Shown here piece after piece: positions 36,908 through 47,028 of a DNA stretch of 64,000 nt. Within the stretch, counting starts at the first letter, position 1. Every line of letters starts with the position of its first letter. The DNA comes from Gemmatimonadaceae bacterium (GTDB taxonomy: Bacteria > Gemmatimonadota > Gemmatimonadetes > Gemmatimonadales > Gemmatimonadaceae). The stretch is from the NCBI GenBank assembly GCA_045803545.1, contig JBJMOW010000004.1:448001-512000 (forward strand), in the 5' to 3' direction. Both the position numbers and the translations under genes were made by a program. The notes under the pieces are model-generated. The model was not told the origin of the DNA. It made no database searches and saw nothing but the letters and a program-made list of their open reading frames with translations.

Positions 36908-38226
36908 GCGTCGCGCGCGCAGCGGAACCCGCTGAAGATCTGCCGCCGAATCGGATAGTCCCAATTCCGAAACGTGTTGCGGATCGCACCGGGGCGTGTG
37001 GCCCACGATCCCCCACGAAGGATTTTGTAGTCGGGGCCGAAGAATTCCTCGGAGTACTCTCGATATGGAAAGCTTCTAAAGCCGGGATAGGCGCGGAAAT
37101 CACTCGACGTCCATTCCCATACGTCGCCGATCATTCCGTAACAGCCGATCGGTGATACGTTTTCGTCGAAGGTCCCAACCGGTGCAGTGTCGAACGAAAG
37201 CTGGTCGATGTTCGCGTATCGTGAGTCAGCGCCATTCCCCCAGGGGAACGCCAGCGCGGTTCGCGAAGCTGGATCCCACGATGCGGCCGCCTCCCACTCG
37301 ATCTCGGTTGGCAAACGCTTGCCATCCCAGCGAGCGAACGCTTCAGCCTCATAGAAACAGACGTGACTTACGGGTCGCGTCGCATCTACTTCGCGTGTCA
37401 GCTCCATGACGCGGGTTGCCCACCGGCTCCCTTCGCGCTCCCAGTATTTCGGTGACTCCACGCCGCTGTCGGCGAGCCAGCGCCGCCCCTCCTCGGACCA
37501 CAGCTCCTCGCGCCTGTAACCGCCGTCGTTCATGAACTCAAGGTACCGTTCATTGGTCACAGGCAGGCGATCGATCAGAAACGGTTTTAGATCGACATAG
37601 TGCAGCGGCCGCTCGTTGTCGTACGCCGTGGTGCGGTCTTCGGTGCCAATGGTGACGCGAGAGCCCGGGAACTCCACCATCGCATTGGCAAATGATTTTT
37701 GCGGTCCGAAACGCCGGGCGCGCGGAGCGCGGTAAGGCTCGCCCTTCTTCAGCTGCAGCGTCTGCAGGATAGTCTCGTTGTGCTGGTACTCGTGCTGGAG
37801 CACCATGTGGTAGACGTAACCATCGCGCAGCAAAGGTTTCCTCTCGTCGAGCTCGATCGATTCGAGTCGATCCAGAACGCGCCCGCGAATTTCGTTCAGC
37901 CGCTCGATCATCTCTGTCAGAGTCGGCAGCTCGAGCGATGCGCGCGTTGATCGCGGATGCTCGAAGGGATTGTACAGCCCGGGCATCTCTGAGAACTCGA
38001 TCGGACCGTCGAGATTTCGCGTGAGCCACAATTCTTCGAAGTGCGCGATGTGACCAACGTCCCAAATGATTGGGCTCATCAACGGATCGTGCTGTCGATG
38101 CAAGTCCTCGTCGGACAGGCCGGAGAGGAGCAGCAGTGTCCGCTCGCGCGCTTCGCCAAGAAGACTTGCGATCTCCTGCTTCGAAGCTGCCGCAGTCGGT
38201 AGTGTGGGGATTGTGGAGATGTTCAT
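36904..38226 (-). CDS. egtB: Ergothioneine biosynthesis sulfoxide synthase (DinB plus FGE-sulfatase domains)
   Basis: SPIIWDVGHIA, QHEYQHNET iron ligands, FEHPRSTR, RLPTEIEWE, GDVWEWT, FRNWDYPIRRQIFSGFRCA. Confidence 0.93.
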   Translation of the reverse strand: MNISTIPTLPTAAASKQEIASLLGEARERTLLLLSGLSDEDLHRQHDPLMSPIIWDVGHIAHFEELWLTRNLDGPIEFSEMPGLYNPFEHPRSTRASLELPTLTEMIERLNEIRGRVLDRLESIELDERKPLLRDGYVYHMVLQHEYQHNETILQTLQLKKGEPYRAPRARRFGPQKSFANAMVEFPGSRVTIGTEDRTTAYDNERPLHYVDLKPFLIDRLPVTNERYLEFMNDGGYRREELWSEEGRRWLADSGVESPKYWEREGSRWATRVMELTREVDATRPVSHVCFYEAEAFARWDGKRLPTEIEWEAAASWDPASRTALAFPWGNGADSRYANIDQLSFDTAPVGTFDENVSPIGCYGMIGDVWEWTSSDFRAYPGFRSFPYREYSEEFFGPDYKILRGGSWATRPGAIRNTFRNWDYPIRRQIFSGFRCARDA

Positions 38227-38345
38227 TGGACCAGGCGGGCGCACCGCAAGTCTTGGAATGATACTGCTGGCGCGTAAACTTGCCAGACAAGCACGGTCGC
38301 CTACGTTCTTAGTGCGCTATAACCGTCCCTAACGGAAATAAAAAG

Positions 38346-39050
38346 ATGGCCGAGCAGAGAATTGCGCTCGTGACTGGAGGCAACAGAGGCATTGGTCTCG
38401 AGCTGTGCCGGCAACTCGGGCAACAGCGAATTCGTGTCATACTGTGCTCTCGCGACCCTGCGAAAGGTGTTGCAGCCGCTGCCGAACTAAAGGCGAATGG
38501 ATTACCAGTCGAGCCTCGCCAACTCGATGTCGCTAACGTTCAAAGTATCCGTGAATGTATGAACTGGGTTCGCCGCGAGGTCGGACGACTCGACGTCCTC
38601 ATCAACAACGCCGGCGTTATGGTCGAAGACGATGACGCTGATTCACTCGAAGAGCTCGAAATCGTGCGCGATACCATGCAAACCAACGTCTACGGTCCGC
38701 TGTTGTTGTCACGCCTCGCGATTCCGATCATGAAGACGCGCCGCTACGGCCGGATTGTGAATCTTTCCAGCGGCATGGGCTCGCTCAGTGAAATGGGAGC
38801 TGGGTACATCGCATACCGGATGTCGAAAGCGGGTATCAATGTGGTGACCCGGGTGCTTGCCGCGGAGACCGAAGGTATGGGGATTCTCGTCAATTCAGTC
38901 GACCCCGGCTGGGTGCGCACCGCAATGGGCGGACGAGGAGCGACTCGCTCTCTCGAGAAGGGCGTAGAAACCCCGGTATGGCTGGCGACACTATCTGACG
39001 ACGGGCCGACAGGTGGATTCTTTCGGGACAGGCGAGCGATTGCCTGGTAG
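38346..39050 (+). CDS. SDR oxidoreductase (carbonyl reductase-like)
   Basis: TGGNRGIG, NNAG, YRMSK, DPGWVRTAMGG. Confidence 0.9.
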   Translation: MAEQRIALVTGGNRGIGLELCRQLGQQRIRVILCSRDPAKGVAAAAELKANGLPVEPRQLDVANVQSIRECMNWVRREVGRLDVLINNAGVMVEDDDADSLEELEIVRDTMQTNVYGPLLLSRLAIPIMKTRRYGRIVNLSSGMGSLSEMGAGYIAYRMSKAGINVVTRVLAAETEGMGILVNSVDPGWVRTAMGGRGATRSLEKGVETPVWLATLSDDGPTGGFFRDRRAIAW

Positions 39051-39100
39051 AATTGCACTGACAAACTCGGCCCGGTAGGTTTTTCGCGTCGACGCGCAAC

Positions 39101-40855
39101 ATGGCAAATCCCAGTACTGCAGCACCCGGCCCGCCGGGCCGTCACAGCCCACTCATGCGAGTTTTCGAGCGGGTTCCGGTCATAGCAGGTATCAGCGTCG
39201 TTGCACTTGGCGCACTAGCTCTGATTGGGTGGTCGCTGAACACCCCGGCGATTGTCACCGCGCACGGCAGCGCTTATCCAATGCTGCCGCTCACCGCGGT
39301 CTGTTTCATTGTGGCCGGCGTGTCTTTGATCATCGCCACCCGAGCGAACCGAACGACGACGAGCGAGGCGGTTCAGCAAACTCTCGCTGCGCTCGTTTCA
39401 ACAATTGCCGGGCTCACCCTCTACGAATACTTGCGCGGCGGCGAATCCAGATTCGACCTGTTGCTGTTTGGCAGCCGCGTGCACCAGGTGTCGGCTGCAC
39501 CTCCAGGGCGAATGGCACTCAACACAGCAGGCACATTCCTGCTAATGGGTCTCGGTTTGCTGTCCCTCTCTCACGACCAGCGAAAGCGCGATTTCCGCGC
39601 GCAGCTTTTCGTCGCGCCCGGTCTGGTGATCGCGTTGGTTGCGCTGCTCGCGTACGTCTTCGCTGTCAGCGACGCGTACCGGTTTGCGCAAGGCTCCGGA
39701 ATGGCGCTGGCGACGAGTATCGGATTGCTGCTGCTTGGAAGTGGAATCCTCGTCGCGGTTCGCGAACGAGGTGTCGCATCGCTGTTGATGGATGAAGGCG
39801 CTGCAGGCGTCCTGACTCGTCGACTGTTACCGGCTGCGCTGGCGGCACCAATCATACTGGGCGTAATCAAAGTCGCGGGCGAGTCCGCGGGTATTTACGA
39901 ATCTGACTTTGGCGTTTCACTCTTTGCAATACTCAGCATCATCACCTTCGTCGGGCTCGTTCTCTGGTCAGCGCGCGTGCTGCGCGACACCGACCGTGAG
40001 CGGGTTGACCTCCTGGCGCTGGAGATGGAAGCCCGTGCTCACGCCGAGTGGGCACTGAAGGAAGCTGAGGAAGCACGCTCGGAAGCCGAGCGTGCCAACA
40101 ACAGCAAGACGGATTTCCTAGCTGTAATGTCCCACGAGCTGCGGACGCCGCTCACTGCGATCATGGGCTACGAAGAGCTTCTCTCAGATGGGATCACCGG
40201 TCCGGTCACCGAGCTGCAGCGTCAACAGCTGGGAAGAATCAACGCCAGCGCGCGGCACCTGCTCGGTTTGATCGACGAGATTCTGACCTTCGCGCGCGTC
40301 GATATCGGACGCGAGCGCGTGCGTTGGGAATCAATGTCCATCAATCACACACTCGGCGACGCGGCGGCGCTCGTCGAGCCGATGGCCGCCGCAAAAGACA
40401 TTCGGTTCGTCGTCGAGCTCCTCGAGGAAGATCAACCGATACAGACCGACGGCACCAAGCTGCGCCAGATGCTCGTGAATCTGCTGTCGAACGGCATCAA
40501 GTTCACGGATAAGGGTGAGGTTCGAGTCAGTTGTGTCGCAAACGAGGGCATGCTCGAGGTTAGAATCGCCGACACTGGTGTAGGCATCGCGGCGGAGAAC
40601 ATCGAGAACGTGTTCGAGCCTTTCTGGCAAGCTGAGCAAACCGCCACCAGAAAAACCGGCGGCACTGGCCTGGGCCTGAGTGTCACGCGCAAGCTCGCGC
40701 GGCTGCTGGGTGGTGATGTTACCGTGGCTAGCCGGCAATCAGCTGGCACCACGTTCCTTCTGAGACTTCCGATGAAGGCGCCAGCTGGCGAAACAGTGCG
40801 CCGTCGCGATACTCCGACGACGCCGCAGAGCGCGATTCCCGCGCTCCACATCTAG
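39101..40855 (+). CDS. Membrane-bound sensor histidine kinase (about 7 TM)
   Basis: [36 protein letters not shown]. Confidence 0.93.
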   Translation: MANPSTAAPGPPGRHSPLMRVFERVPVIAGISVVALGALALIGWSLNTPAIVTAHGSAYPMLPLTAVCFIVAGVSLIIATRANRTTTSEAVQQTLAALVSTIAGLTLYEYLRGGESRFDLLLFGSRVHQVSAAPPGRMALNTAGTFLLMGLGLLSLSHDQRKRDFRAQLFVAPGLVIALVALLAYVFAVSDAYRFAQGSGMALATSIGLLLLGSGILVAVRERGVASLLMDEGAAGVLTRRLLPAALAAPIILGVIKVAGESAGIYESDFGVSLFAILSIITFVGLVLWSARVLRDTDRERVDLLALEMEARAHAEWALKEAEEARSEAERANNSKTDFLAVMSHELRTPLTAIMGYEELLSDGITGPVTELQRQQLGRINASARHLLGLIDEILTFARVDIGRERVRWESMSINHTLGDAAALVEPMAAAKDIRFVVELLEEDQPIQTDGTKLRQMLVNLLSNGIKFTDKGEVRVSCVANEGMLEVRIADTGVGIAAENIENVFEPFWQAEQTATRKTGGTGLGLSVTRKLARLLGGDVTVASRQSAGTTFLLRLPMKAPAGETVRRRDTPTTPQSAIPALHI

Positions 40856-40872
40856 GGATCAGCCACTTCGGA

Positions 40873-41778
40873 TCAACGACTTCGTTTCTTCGAGAGGCCG
40901 TTCAAGATTGGCGCGAGCTCGTTGCATAGCTCGCGGGCCAGAATGCCGATCGATCCAACACGACGCGTCAGCCGATTGCCAGCTTCGCCGTGCAGATACA
41001 CAGCCCATACGGCGGCCTGATCCAGTGTCGCTCCGCGCGCGAGCAATCCTACCAGCGCGCCGGCCAACACATCTCCGGAGCCTGATGTCGCCAATCCCAC
41101 TCCGCCTTCGGTGTAGCCAAACAGCTCGCCATACGGCGACGCTATAAAAGTTTCCGCGCCTTTCAGAGCAACAACGACGTTGAGATCCTCCGCCACTCGC
41201 CGCGCAACTGTCTGCGGATCCCGCTCGATCACTTCTCGCTTGTCGCCGGTGATCCTGGCCATCTCGTCGAAATTTGGCGTGAGCACGACACTGGTGTCTT
41301 CGCTGAAGCGATAGTGGCCACCGCGCAGCGCGTGCAAGGCCAGTGCGTCAATCACAAGCGTGCGATCCGCTACTCGGCGGATGATTTCGTCCATGAATCC
41401 GCGAATTGCATCGTCGTTGAGCATCCCCGGACCGATTAGCACCGCCTCTGCGTTGGCGACATCGCCGGCGCGTGAGCCCGATCTGCGATCGAGAAAGCCT
41501 TCGCCTGTCTCGGGCAAGCCAATCACCCGCGCTTCCGGCATCGCTACACCGAGTGCAGCGACTGTGCTTCGTGGACCGGCGAGCTTGAGTTTGCCGGCGC
41601 CTACGCGAAGTGCGGCGGTGCCCGCCAGAAGCAGAGCGCCGGGTACTTCTGCGGCTCCGCCAATTATCATGGCGACACCGCGATCCTGCTTGTCCGCCTG
41701 TTCGCCGGGTTCGGGCAGCGGCCAACGGCGCAGCAGCGCGCTCGTCACTGCGACCGGGCGTTTGTTAGCGCGCGCCAA
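40873..41778 (-). CDS. nnrD: ADP-dependent NAD(P)H-hydrate dehydratase (stand-alone NnrD/YjeF-C)
   Basis: IIGG..PGA, GAGKL, IGPG, IDALAL, LTP, LKGA, LATSGSGDVLAG. Confidence 0.88.
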   Translation of the reverse strand: MARANKRPVAVTSALLRRWPLPEPGEQADKQDRGVAMIIGGAAEVPGALLLAGTAALRVGAGKLKLAGPRSTVAALGVAMPEARVIGLPETGEGFLDRRSGSRAGDVANAEAVLIGPGMLNDDAIRGFMDEIIRRVADRTLVIDALALHALRGGHYRFSEDTSVVLTPNFDEMARITGDKREVIERDPQTVARRVAEDLNVVVALKGAETFIASPYGELFGYTEGGVGLATSGSGDVLAGALVGLLARGATLDQAAVWAVYLHGEAGNRLTRRVGSIGILARELCNELAPILNGLSKKRSR

Positions 41779-42535
41779 CCTTTGCGTCCGGCTCTGACGT
41801 CACCGGGGCACCCGCTTCCTCGAGCGGGGCCACGAAGTTGAAAAGCTTTACACGGAGATTCCCGCGAGGGCCAAGCGTCTCGTCGTGCTCGTAGAGAGTC
41901 ACCGAGCAGTTTGCGATTTCCGATTTCTTGTCTATGGTGAGCAGCTCAGACTCGGTGAGGTGCTCGAGGATATAGCGCATGCACAAAACGACTACAGCAT
42001 GACAGACAATGAGCACGCGCTCTCCGCAGTATTCGCGTGAGATCATCTCGGTTGCGCTGCGCAGCCGGAGAATGACATCGCACCAGCTCTCACCGCCTGG
42101 TGGGCGGTGATAGAACTTGCCGAGTAGCCGGCGGAACTCGGCCTGGTCGGGGTACTGGTCGCGAATGCCGACGGCGGTGAGTCGATCGAGAATTCCAAAC
42201 TCCTTCTCGCGCAGCCGCTCGTCGACGATGAGAGAATAAGAATCCTCACGCATCCCAGCCGTCTTCACGATCAGTCCTGCGCTGTGCCGTGCGCGAAGAT
42301 AAGGAGATGTGAGGACAATGTTCGGCCGGCGATCTGTAGGAAGCGCGCCAAGCCAGCGGCCGAGCGCAATCGACTGACGCTGTCCGAGCTCGGAGAGCGG
42401 GACATCAATGTCCCGAATGTCGATGTCGATCATCGGCTCGCCGGCCTCGACCGCTGCGTCACGCGCGACGTTGCCGGCGGATTCGCCGTGGCGCACGAGG
42501 TAAAGAAGATCCGGCCAGATTTGGGTCGATTTCAC
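41765..42535 (-). CDS. Histidine phosphatase (phosphoglycerate mutase) family protein
   Basis: LVRHGESAGN, SPYLRA, RLREKEFG, PPGGESW, VCH. Confidence 0.9.
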   Translation of the reverse strand: MKSTQIWPDLLYLVRHGESAGNVARDAAVEAGEPMIDIDIRDIDVPLSELGQRQSIALGRWLGALPTDRRPNIVLTSPYLRARHSAGLIVKTAGMREDSYSLIVDERLREKEFGILDRLTAVGIRDQYPDQAEFRRLLGKFYHRPPGGESWCDVILRLRSATEMISREYCGERVLIVCHAVVVLCMRYILEHLTESELLTIDKKSEIANCSVTLYEHDETLGPRGNLRVKLFNFVAPLEEAGAPVTSEPDAKVGAR

Positions 42536-42619
42536 GGTGTGGCAACGGTCAAGGAGCGTACCAGTTTCCTGATTGAGCGCACTCGCACTGATGGTGCGAA
42601 CATTGTAACTCGTTCAACC

Positions 42620-43081
42620 ATGCGATCAACGCCCGATCAACACGACCCGGACTGGCCGAAGTATCCGGAAACCATACTGACGTTCTCTACGACGCCGAAA
42701 GTCGAAATCGACCTCCGACAGAGCTTGTCTGACACAACGCTGACAGAATTGAGAGAGATCGGATTTGGCAGTCCATTCGCGGTGATGACTGCCTTCGACC
42801 CGGGCGGACGCGACCTGGCGGCCGCCGAGAATGAAAATCGCCGGCGCGATCTCAACGTGCAACTAAGAAAGGCGGGCTACAGATTCGTCGAGGTCGACGC
42901 CTGCTCGCCCGACCGCTCACACTGTGAGTGCAGCGTGGCGGTAGCGATGCCGCAGGACAAGGCGGTTGCGATGGCGAAGGAGCTGAAGCAGGTGGCGATC
43001 TTCTGGTTCGATGGCACTCGCTTCTGGATCCTTGGCGCACTAGTCGAAACGGATGCATTGATGCTGCCGAGGAATTCCTAA
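42620..43081 (+). CDS. DUF3293 domain protein
   Basis: VMTAFDP, EN..R..L, E.S, A..L.Q.AIFW pattern. Confidence 0.65.
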   Translation: MRSTPDQHDPDWPKYPETILTFSTTPKVEIDLRQSLSDTTLTELREIGFGSPFAVMTAFDPGGRDLAAAENENRRRDLNVQLRKAGYRFVEVDACSPDRSHCECSVAVAMPQDKAVAMAKELKQVAIFWFDGTRFWILGALVETDALMLPRNS

Positions 43082-43094
43082 GAGCCCAAAACAG

Positions 43095-43121
43095 AACTGC
43101 CAGCTTGTGGCTGGCAGTTTT
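43095..43121. terminator. Intrinsic terminator hairpin between convergent genes
   Basis: AACTGCCAGC-TTGTG-GCTGGCAGTT followed by TT. Confidence 0.7.
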
Positions 43122-43147
43122 CAAACCTTCGGTCTGCGCCTTACTAC

Positions 43148-44650
43148 TCAGATGACCGGCTTATACCGGTATCCGAACACTCCGCCTTTCGTCGAAGTGA
43201 TCCGGAACGTTCCCGTCGACTTCGGTGCGACTGGTCCAACCGTTGTCGTCTCGGTTCCAACGACGTTGCCGCTCTTGTCGACGAGATCGACGCTGAGGGT
43301 GTAGGTCTTCGGCGTCGTACCGCGGTTCTCGATCCTGCCGGCGACGATGGTTCCATCGGCGCGGCGGGTGAACTCCCCAACCGTCACCTTGACCGGCGCG
43401 TTCTCTGACTTGCTGTTGAAGTAAACGAGCGAGTCGGTGTAGATCTTCTGCAGCTTCTTGTCCTTCGTTCCCTTGTACAATCCCTGATAGGCAAAGGCGT
43501 ATAGCAGTGGATTGTCCGGGTTGTTCGGATCCATTGCCATAAGCTTGTCGATCAGCGGAAACGCCTTCGAGTACTCGTTGTTCTGGATGTAAGTCGCGGC
43601 GAGGTTGTTGACGGCATCGCGCGAATACGGATTCTGGGCAATTGCTGCCTCGAACAACTTCTCTGCGTCCTTCGGGTGGCCGCTGCGCGTCGCGATCACA
43701 CCGGCGTGCACGAGTGAGAGCTCGCCGTACTTGGCCGGGCTTGTCATGAAGGGCGCGTACAGACTCGGTAGCGATGCGCTGTCACCAGCGACGTAGTAGG
43801 CGTGCGACGCCTGATCGATCGCATCAGCGAGCAACAGATCATTGTTCGCGGCGGCGATGTAATCCTGCCACGCCTTTTGAGCTTCCTTCGCTGCCGTGCG
43901 CTTGGCCGCTCCATTGGCTGCTTCAGCCTTGTCCGATGCGGCTGCGGCGATTTCGTACATCGTCTTGGTGCGAACGTCAGCGTACGTCGTATCTGCACCG
44001 GCTGCCTTCAGCGCCTGCTGCCAGTATTCGTTGGCCGCCGTCCAGTTCTGTCTGCTCTTCGCAATCGAGCCAAGCACCGAATACGCGTAAGGAGCCTTGC
44101 GATCCAGCAGCAGAGAGCGCTTCGCCAGCACCTCAGCGGAGTCGAGCTGATTCTGGTTGAGAGCGTTGATCGCTCCGTTCAGCGTGTTGAGCCACGGCTT
44201 TTGCTGGCGCCACTGTCCGATGACGGTCGCGCATTCAGGGGACGCCGTTTCGACGAGGTTGAACGCCGAGTCAGCAGCGGCATAAAGATCGATCGTGCCG
44301 GTTGGATTGGTCGTGAGGCCGAGCGAGCTGCGCGGCACGACTGCCTGCGCATTGGGCTGCATCAAGTAGATGATGTAGGCCTCGCCACGCAGATACGCGC
44401 GTGCAGTCGGATTGTCGTTGCCATTGTCGACGAGCCGCAGCGCGTCCTGCAGATCTTTGGTCGGACTGCCTTTGTTGATCGCCGAAATCGCGCGGGTCAT
44501 CGAAAATTGCGCTTTCGCGATGTCGCCTTTCGTGTTGGCAGTGGGGTCGCACTGCGGCGCATTCTGCGCGTTATTCTGCGCTGCCACCTGCGAGGCCATA
44601 ACGAGACCGATCGACAGCGCGGCCGCGGCTCTGGTCATAGTAACTCTCAT
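43148..44650 (-). CDS. Secreted TPR protein with C-terminal FxLYD-like Ig domain
   Basis: Signal peptide (AAAQ-like cleavage), TPR-like helices, VAGRIENRG...VDLVDKSGNVVG; SD GGGAG. Confidence 0.72.
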   Translation of the reverse strand: MRVTMTRAAAALSIGLVMASQVAAQNNAQNAPQCDPTANTKGDIAKAQFSMTRAISAINKGSPTKDLQDALRLVDNGNDNPTARAYLRGEAYIIYLMQPNAQAVVPRSSLGLTTNPTGTIDLYAAADSAFNLVETASPECATVIGQWRQQKPWLNTLNGAINALNQNQLDSAEVLAKRSLLLDRKAPYAYSVLGSIAKSRQNWTAANEYWQQALKAAGADTTYADVRTKTMYEIAAAASDKAEAANGAAKRTAAKEAQKAWQDYIAAANNDLLLADAIDQASHAYYVAGDSASLPSLYAPFMTSPAKYGELSLVHAGVIATRSGHPKDAEKLFEAAIAQNPYSRDAVNNLAATYIQNNEYSKAFPLIDKLMAMDPNNPDNPLLYAFAYQGLYKGTKDKKLQKIYTDSLVYFNSKSENAPVKVTVGEFTRRADGTIVAGRIENRGTTPKTYTLSVDLVDKSGNVVGTETTTVGPVAPKSTGTFRITSTKGGVFGYRYKPVI

Positions 44651-44780
44651 CAAGGATCTCCCTGACTTGTCAATTAATGATTCGGGTGGGAAACAGGTCC
44701 AGATAATATACCGTCTAGCAGGGATCGTTCCGGCGCACCGCCGGCGCCAGCGGAAGCTGCCAGCAGCGGGCAAATCGTTT

Positions 44781-46247
44781 TCAGTTATCCGCTCCAGCTG
44801 CGTCCTTCACCAAGTCGAACGCGTGCCGCACATGCGCTTCGGTCGTGTGAATATTGCCGACCGCGATGCGCAAGCCGTATTCGCCGCGGACACGCGTGTG
44901 GGAGATGAATACTTCGCGTTTCGCCAGAACCCGCTCCAGAATGCGCGCGTTGTGCGCGTCGAGCTCGGTCTCTTTCATTCCACGCGGCCGGTGGCGGAAC
45001 ACCACCGTTGAGAAATTGGCCTCGGCGAGACGCTCGAATTCGGGATCGGTGTCGACCCATTCGGCGAGACAGCCCGCGATCCGAATGTGTTCTCTGATCA
45101 TCGAGCGCAATCCTTCGACACCGAAGTTCCGGATCACGAACCATAGCTTGAGCGCGCGGAACCGACGGCCAAGCGCGATACTATAGTTCATGAGATTGAC
45201 GATGCCCGGCTCGTCCGGCACGATCAAATACTCCGGAATGTGCTGAAACGCCCGCCTCATTACCTCCGGCCGGCGCACATAGAGCACGGAGCAGTCGACC
45301 GGAGTGAACAACCACTTGTGAGGATTGACGACCAGTGAATCGGCGCGATCGCACCCGGCGAGAATTTCGCGCCGCTCGGGAAGAATCGCTGCGCTCCCCG
45401 CATACGACGCGTCGACGTGCAGCCAGATGCCGTACTTCTTACAGATCTCGGCGATCTCAGGTACAGGATCGACAGCCGTCGTCGAGGTAGTACCGACGGT
45501 GGCGACCACCGCCAGCGGGATTCGTCCCGCTTTTACATCATTTTCAATGGTGCTCCGCAAACTATTGGGATCCATCCGCATCGAAGAATCAGTGGGGATC
45601 TTCCGCAGTGATTCGAGGCCATAGCCGAGCGTCATCACCGCCTTGTCGACGCTGGAGTGGGCTTCCTCCGAGCAGTAGAAAGTGAGCCTCGGCAAATCCG
45701 CACGCCCTGACATTCCTTCTTCCCGCAACCGCAGCTCGGGGTGCATTTCACGCGATGCTACCAGGGCATAAAGCGTGTTCGCTGATGCGGTATCGGAGAT
45801 GAAGCCGAAGAATTCCTCGGGCAGTCCCATCAGTTGGCGGAGCCAGCCGAGCGTGTGCAGCTCGAGCTCGGTCCCGGCCGGCGTGGTGCGCCACAACATG
45901 GCGTTGACGTTGAGCGCGGCTGCCAGCGCTTCTCCGAGCACTCCCGCTCCGGTGGCGCTGTTCGGGAAGTACGCCATGAAATCGGGGTGATTCCAGTGCG
46001 TGTTCGCCGGCACGATTAGCTGTTTGAAGTCCGCGAGGATCTGTTCCATCGGCTCGCCATTTACCGGCGGCGAGGAGGGCAGTGCCTTCCGGAGATCACC
46101 GGGCTTCATACCCGGAATGACCGGCCACTTTTCCGGATCGGCCAGGTAGTCTGCGATCCAATCGATTACAGCATGTCCGTGCCGCCGAAACTCCTCGGGA
46201 GACATATCGGACGCAATTTGAGCGTCAGGAGGTGTTGGGAAAGACAT
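44781..46247 (-). CDS. Group II PLP-dependent decarboxylase (aromatic-L-amino-acid decarboxylase-like)
   Basis: HWNHPDFMAYFP, AHSSVDKA, ATVGTT, WLHVDASYAG, NPHKW, LGRRFRALKLW. Confidence 0.9.
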   Translation of the reverse strand: MSFPTPPDAQIASDMSPEEFRRHGHAVIDWIADYLADPEKWPVIPGMKPGDLRKALPSSPPVNGEPMEQILADFKQLIVPANTHWNHPDFMAYFPNSATGAGVLGEALAAALNVNAMLWRTTPAGTELELHTLGWLRQLMGLPEEFFGFISDTASANTLYALVASREMHPELRLREEGMSGRADLPRLTFYCSEEAHSSVDKAVMTLGYGLESLRKIPTDSSMRMDPNSLRSTIENDVKAGRIPLAVVATVGTTSTTAVDPVPEIAEICKKYGIWLHVDASYAGSAAILPERREILAGCDRADSLVVNPHKWLFTPVDCSVLYVRRPEVMRRAFQHIPEYLIVPDEPGIVNLMNYSIALGRRFRALKLWFVIRNFGVEGLRSMIREHIRIAGCLAEWVDTDPEFERLAEANFSTVVFRHRPRGMKETELDAHNARILERVLAKREVFISHTRVRGEYGLRIAVGNIHTTEAHVRHAFDLVKDAAGADN

Positions 46248-46374
46248 AAGTGGCTCAAATATAGAGGGTTGGCCGCACATCCTCGCAGCGCGGCCAAACG
46301 CGGACTAGAATACCTTTAGGCTGTTCGCTATCGACGAGTATCAGGTTCCACCACGCGCCTTACCACAAGCACGA

Positions 46375-47028
46375 ATGAAAGCCGCTGGTTCTACGAGTGT
46401 TGCTCGCAAGGCAGTCGCGCATTTACGCAAAGTCGATCCGGTTCTGGGCAGGGTGATCGACCAGGTAGGCCCGTACAAGGGTGCGCCGAACGACAATGGA
46501 ACGCACTTCGACGCTGTCGCCCGCTCAATCGTATTCCAGCAGCTGTCCGGCAAAGCCGCAGGTACGATTCACGGGAGATTCCAGGGCCTGTACGGTGGCA
46601 GGACCCCGCGTCCTGAGGAGCTCGCCACCACAACCGACGAGCAGTTGCGCTCAATCGGGTTGTCGCGGCAGAAGTCTGCGTACCTGAAGGATCTTGGCGC
46701 GCGCGTTGCTTCCGGACAGCTACCGATCGAAACGCTGCACGAGTTGACGGACGAAGAAATCATCTCCGCGCTGACGCAGGTCAAAGGGATTGGCCGATGG
46801 ACCGCGCAGATGTTCCTCATGTTCCGACTCGGCAGACTCGACGTGCTGCCTGATCTCGATTTGGGAATTCAGAAGGGAATGCAGAGAGCCTATCGTCTGA
46901 GAAAATTGCCGCCGCCGGAGCGAGTAAAAAAGATCGGTGCGAAGTGGGCCCCCTATCGAAGCGTCGGCTCGTGGTACATGTGGCGATTGGTTGATGGTCC
47001 AGTCAAAGTGCCGCGCTCAAGCGATTGA
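46375..47028 (+). CDS. DNA-3-methyladenine glycosylase II (AlkA/Mag family)
   Basis: IVFQQLSGKAA, GLSRQK, VKGIGRWTAQMFL, DLG, WAPYRS. Confidence 0.9.
   Translation: MKAAGSTSVARKAVAHLRKVDPVLGRVIDQVGPYKGAPNDNGTHFDAVARSIVFQQLSGKAAGTIHGRFQGLYGGRTPRPEELATTTDEQLRSIGLSRQKSAYLKDLGARVASGQLPIETLHELTDEEIISALTQVKGIGRWTAQMFLMFRLGRLDVLPDLDLGIQKGMQRAYRLRKLPPPERVKKIGAKWAPYRSVGSWYMWRLVDGPVKVPRSSD

Noticed and set aside
36904..38226. SenA (selenoneine) or OvoA instead of EgtB
   Set aside because: No SenB/SelD neighbours and no C-terminal methyltransferase; type-I EgtB residues and egtD/egtA context are present
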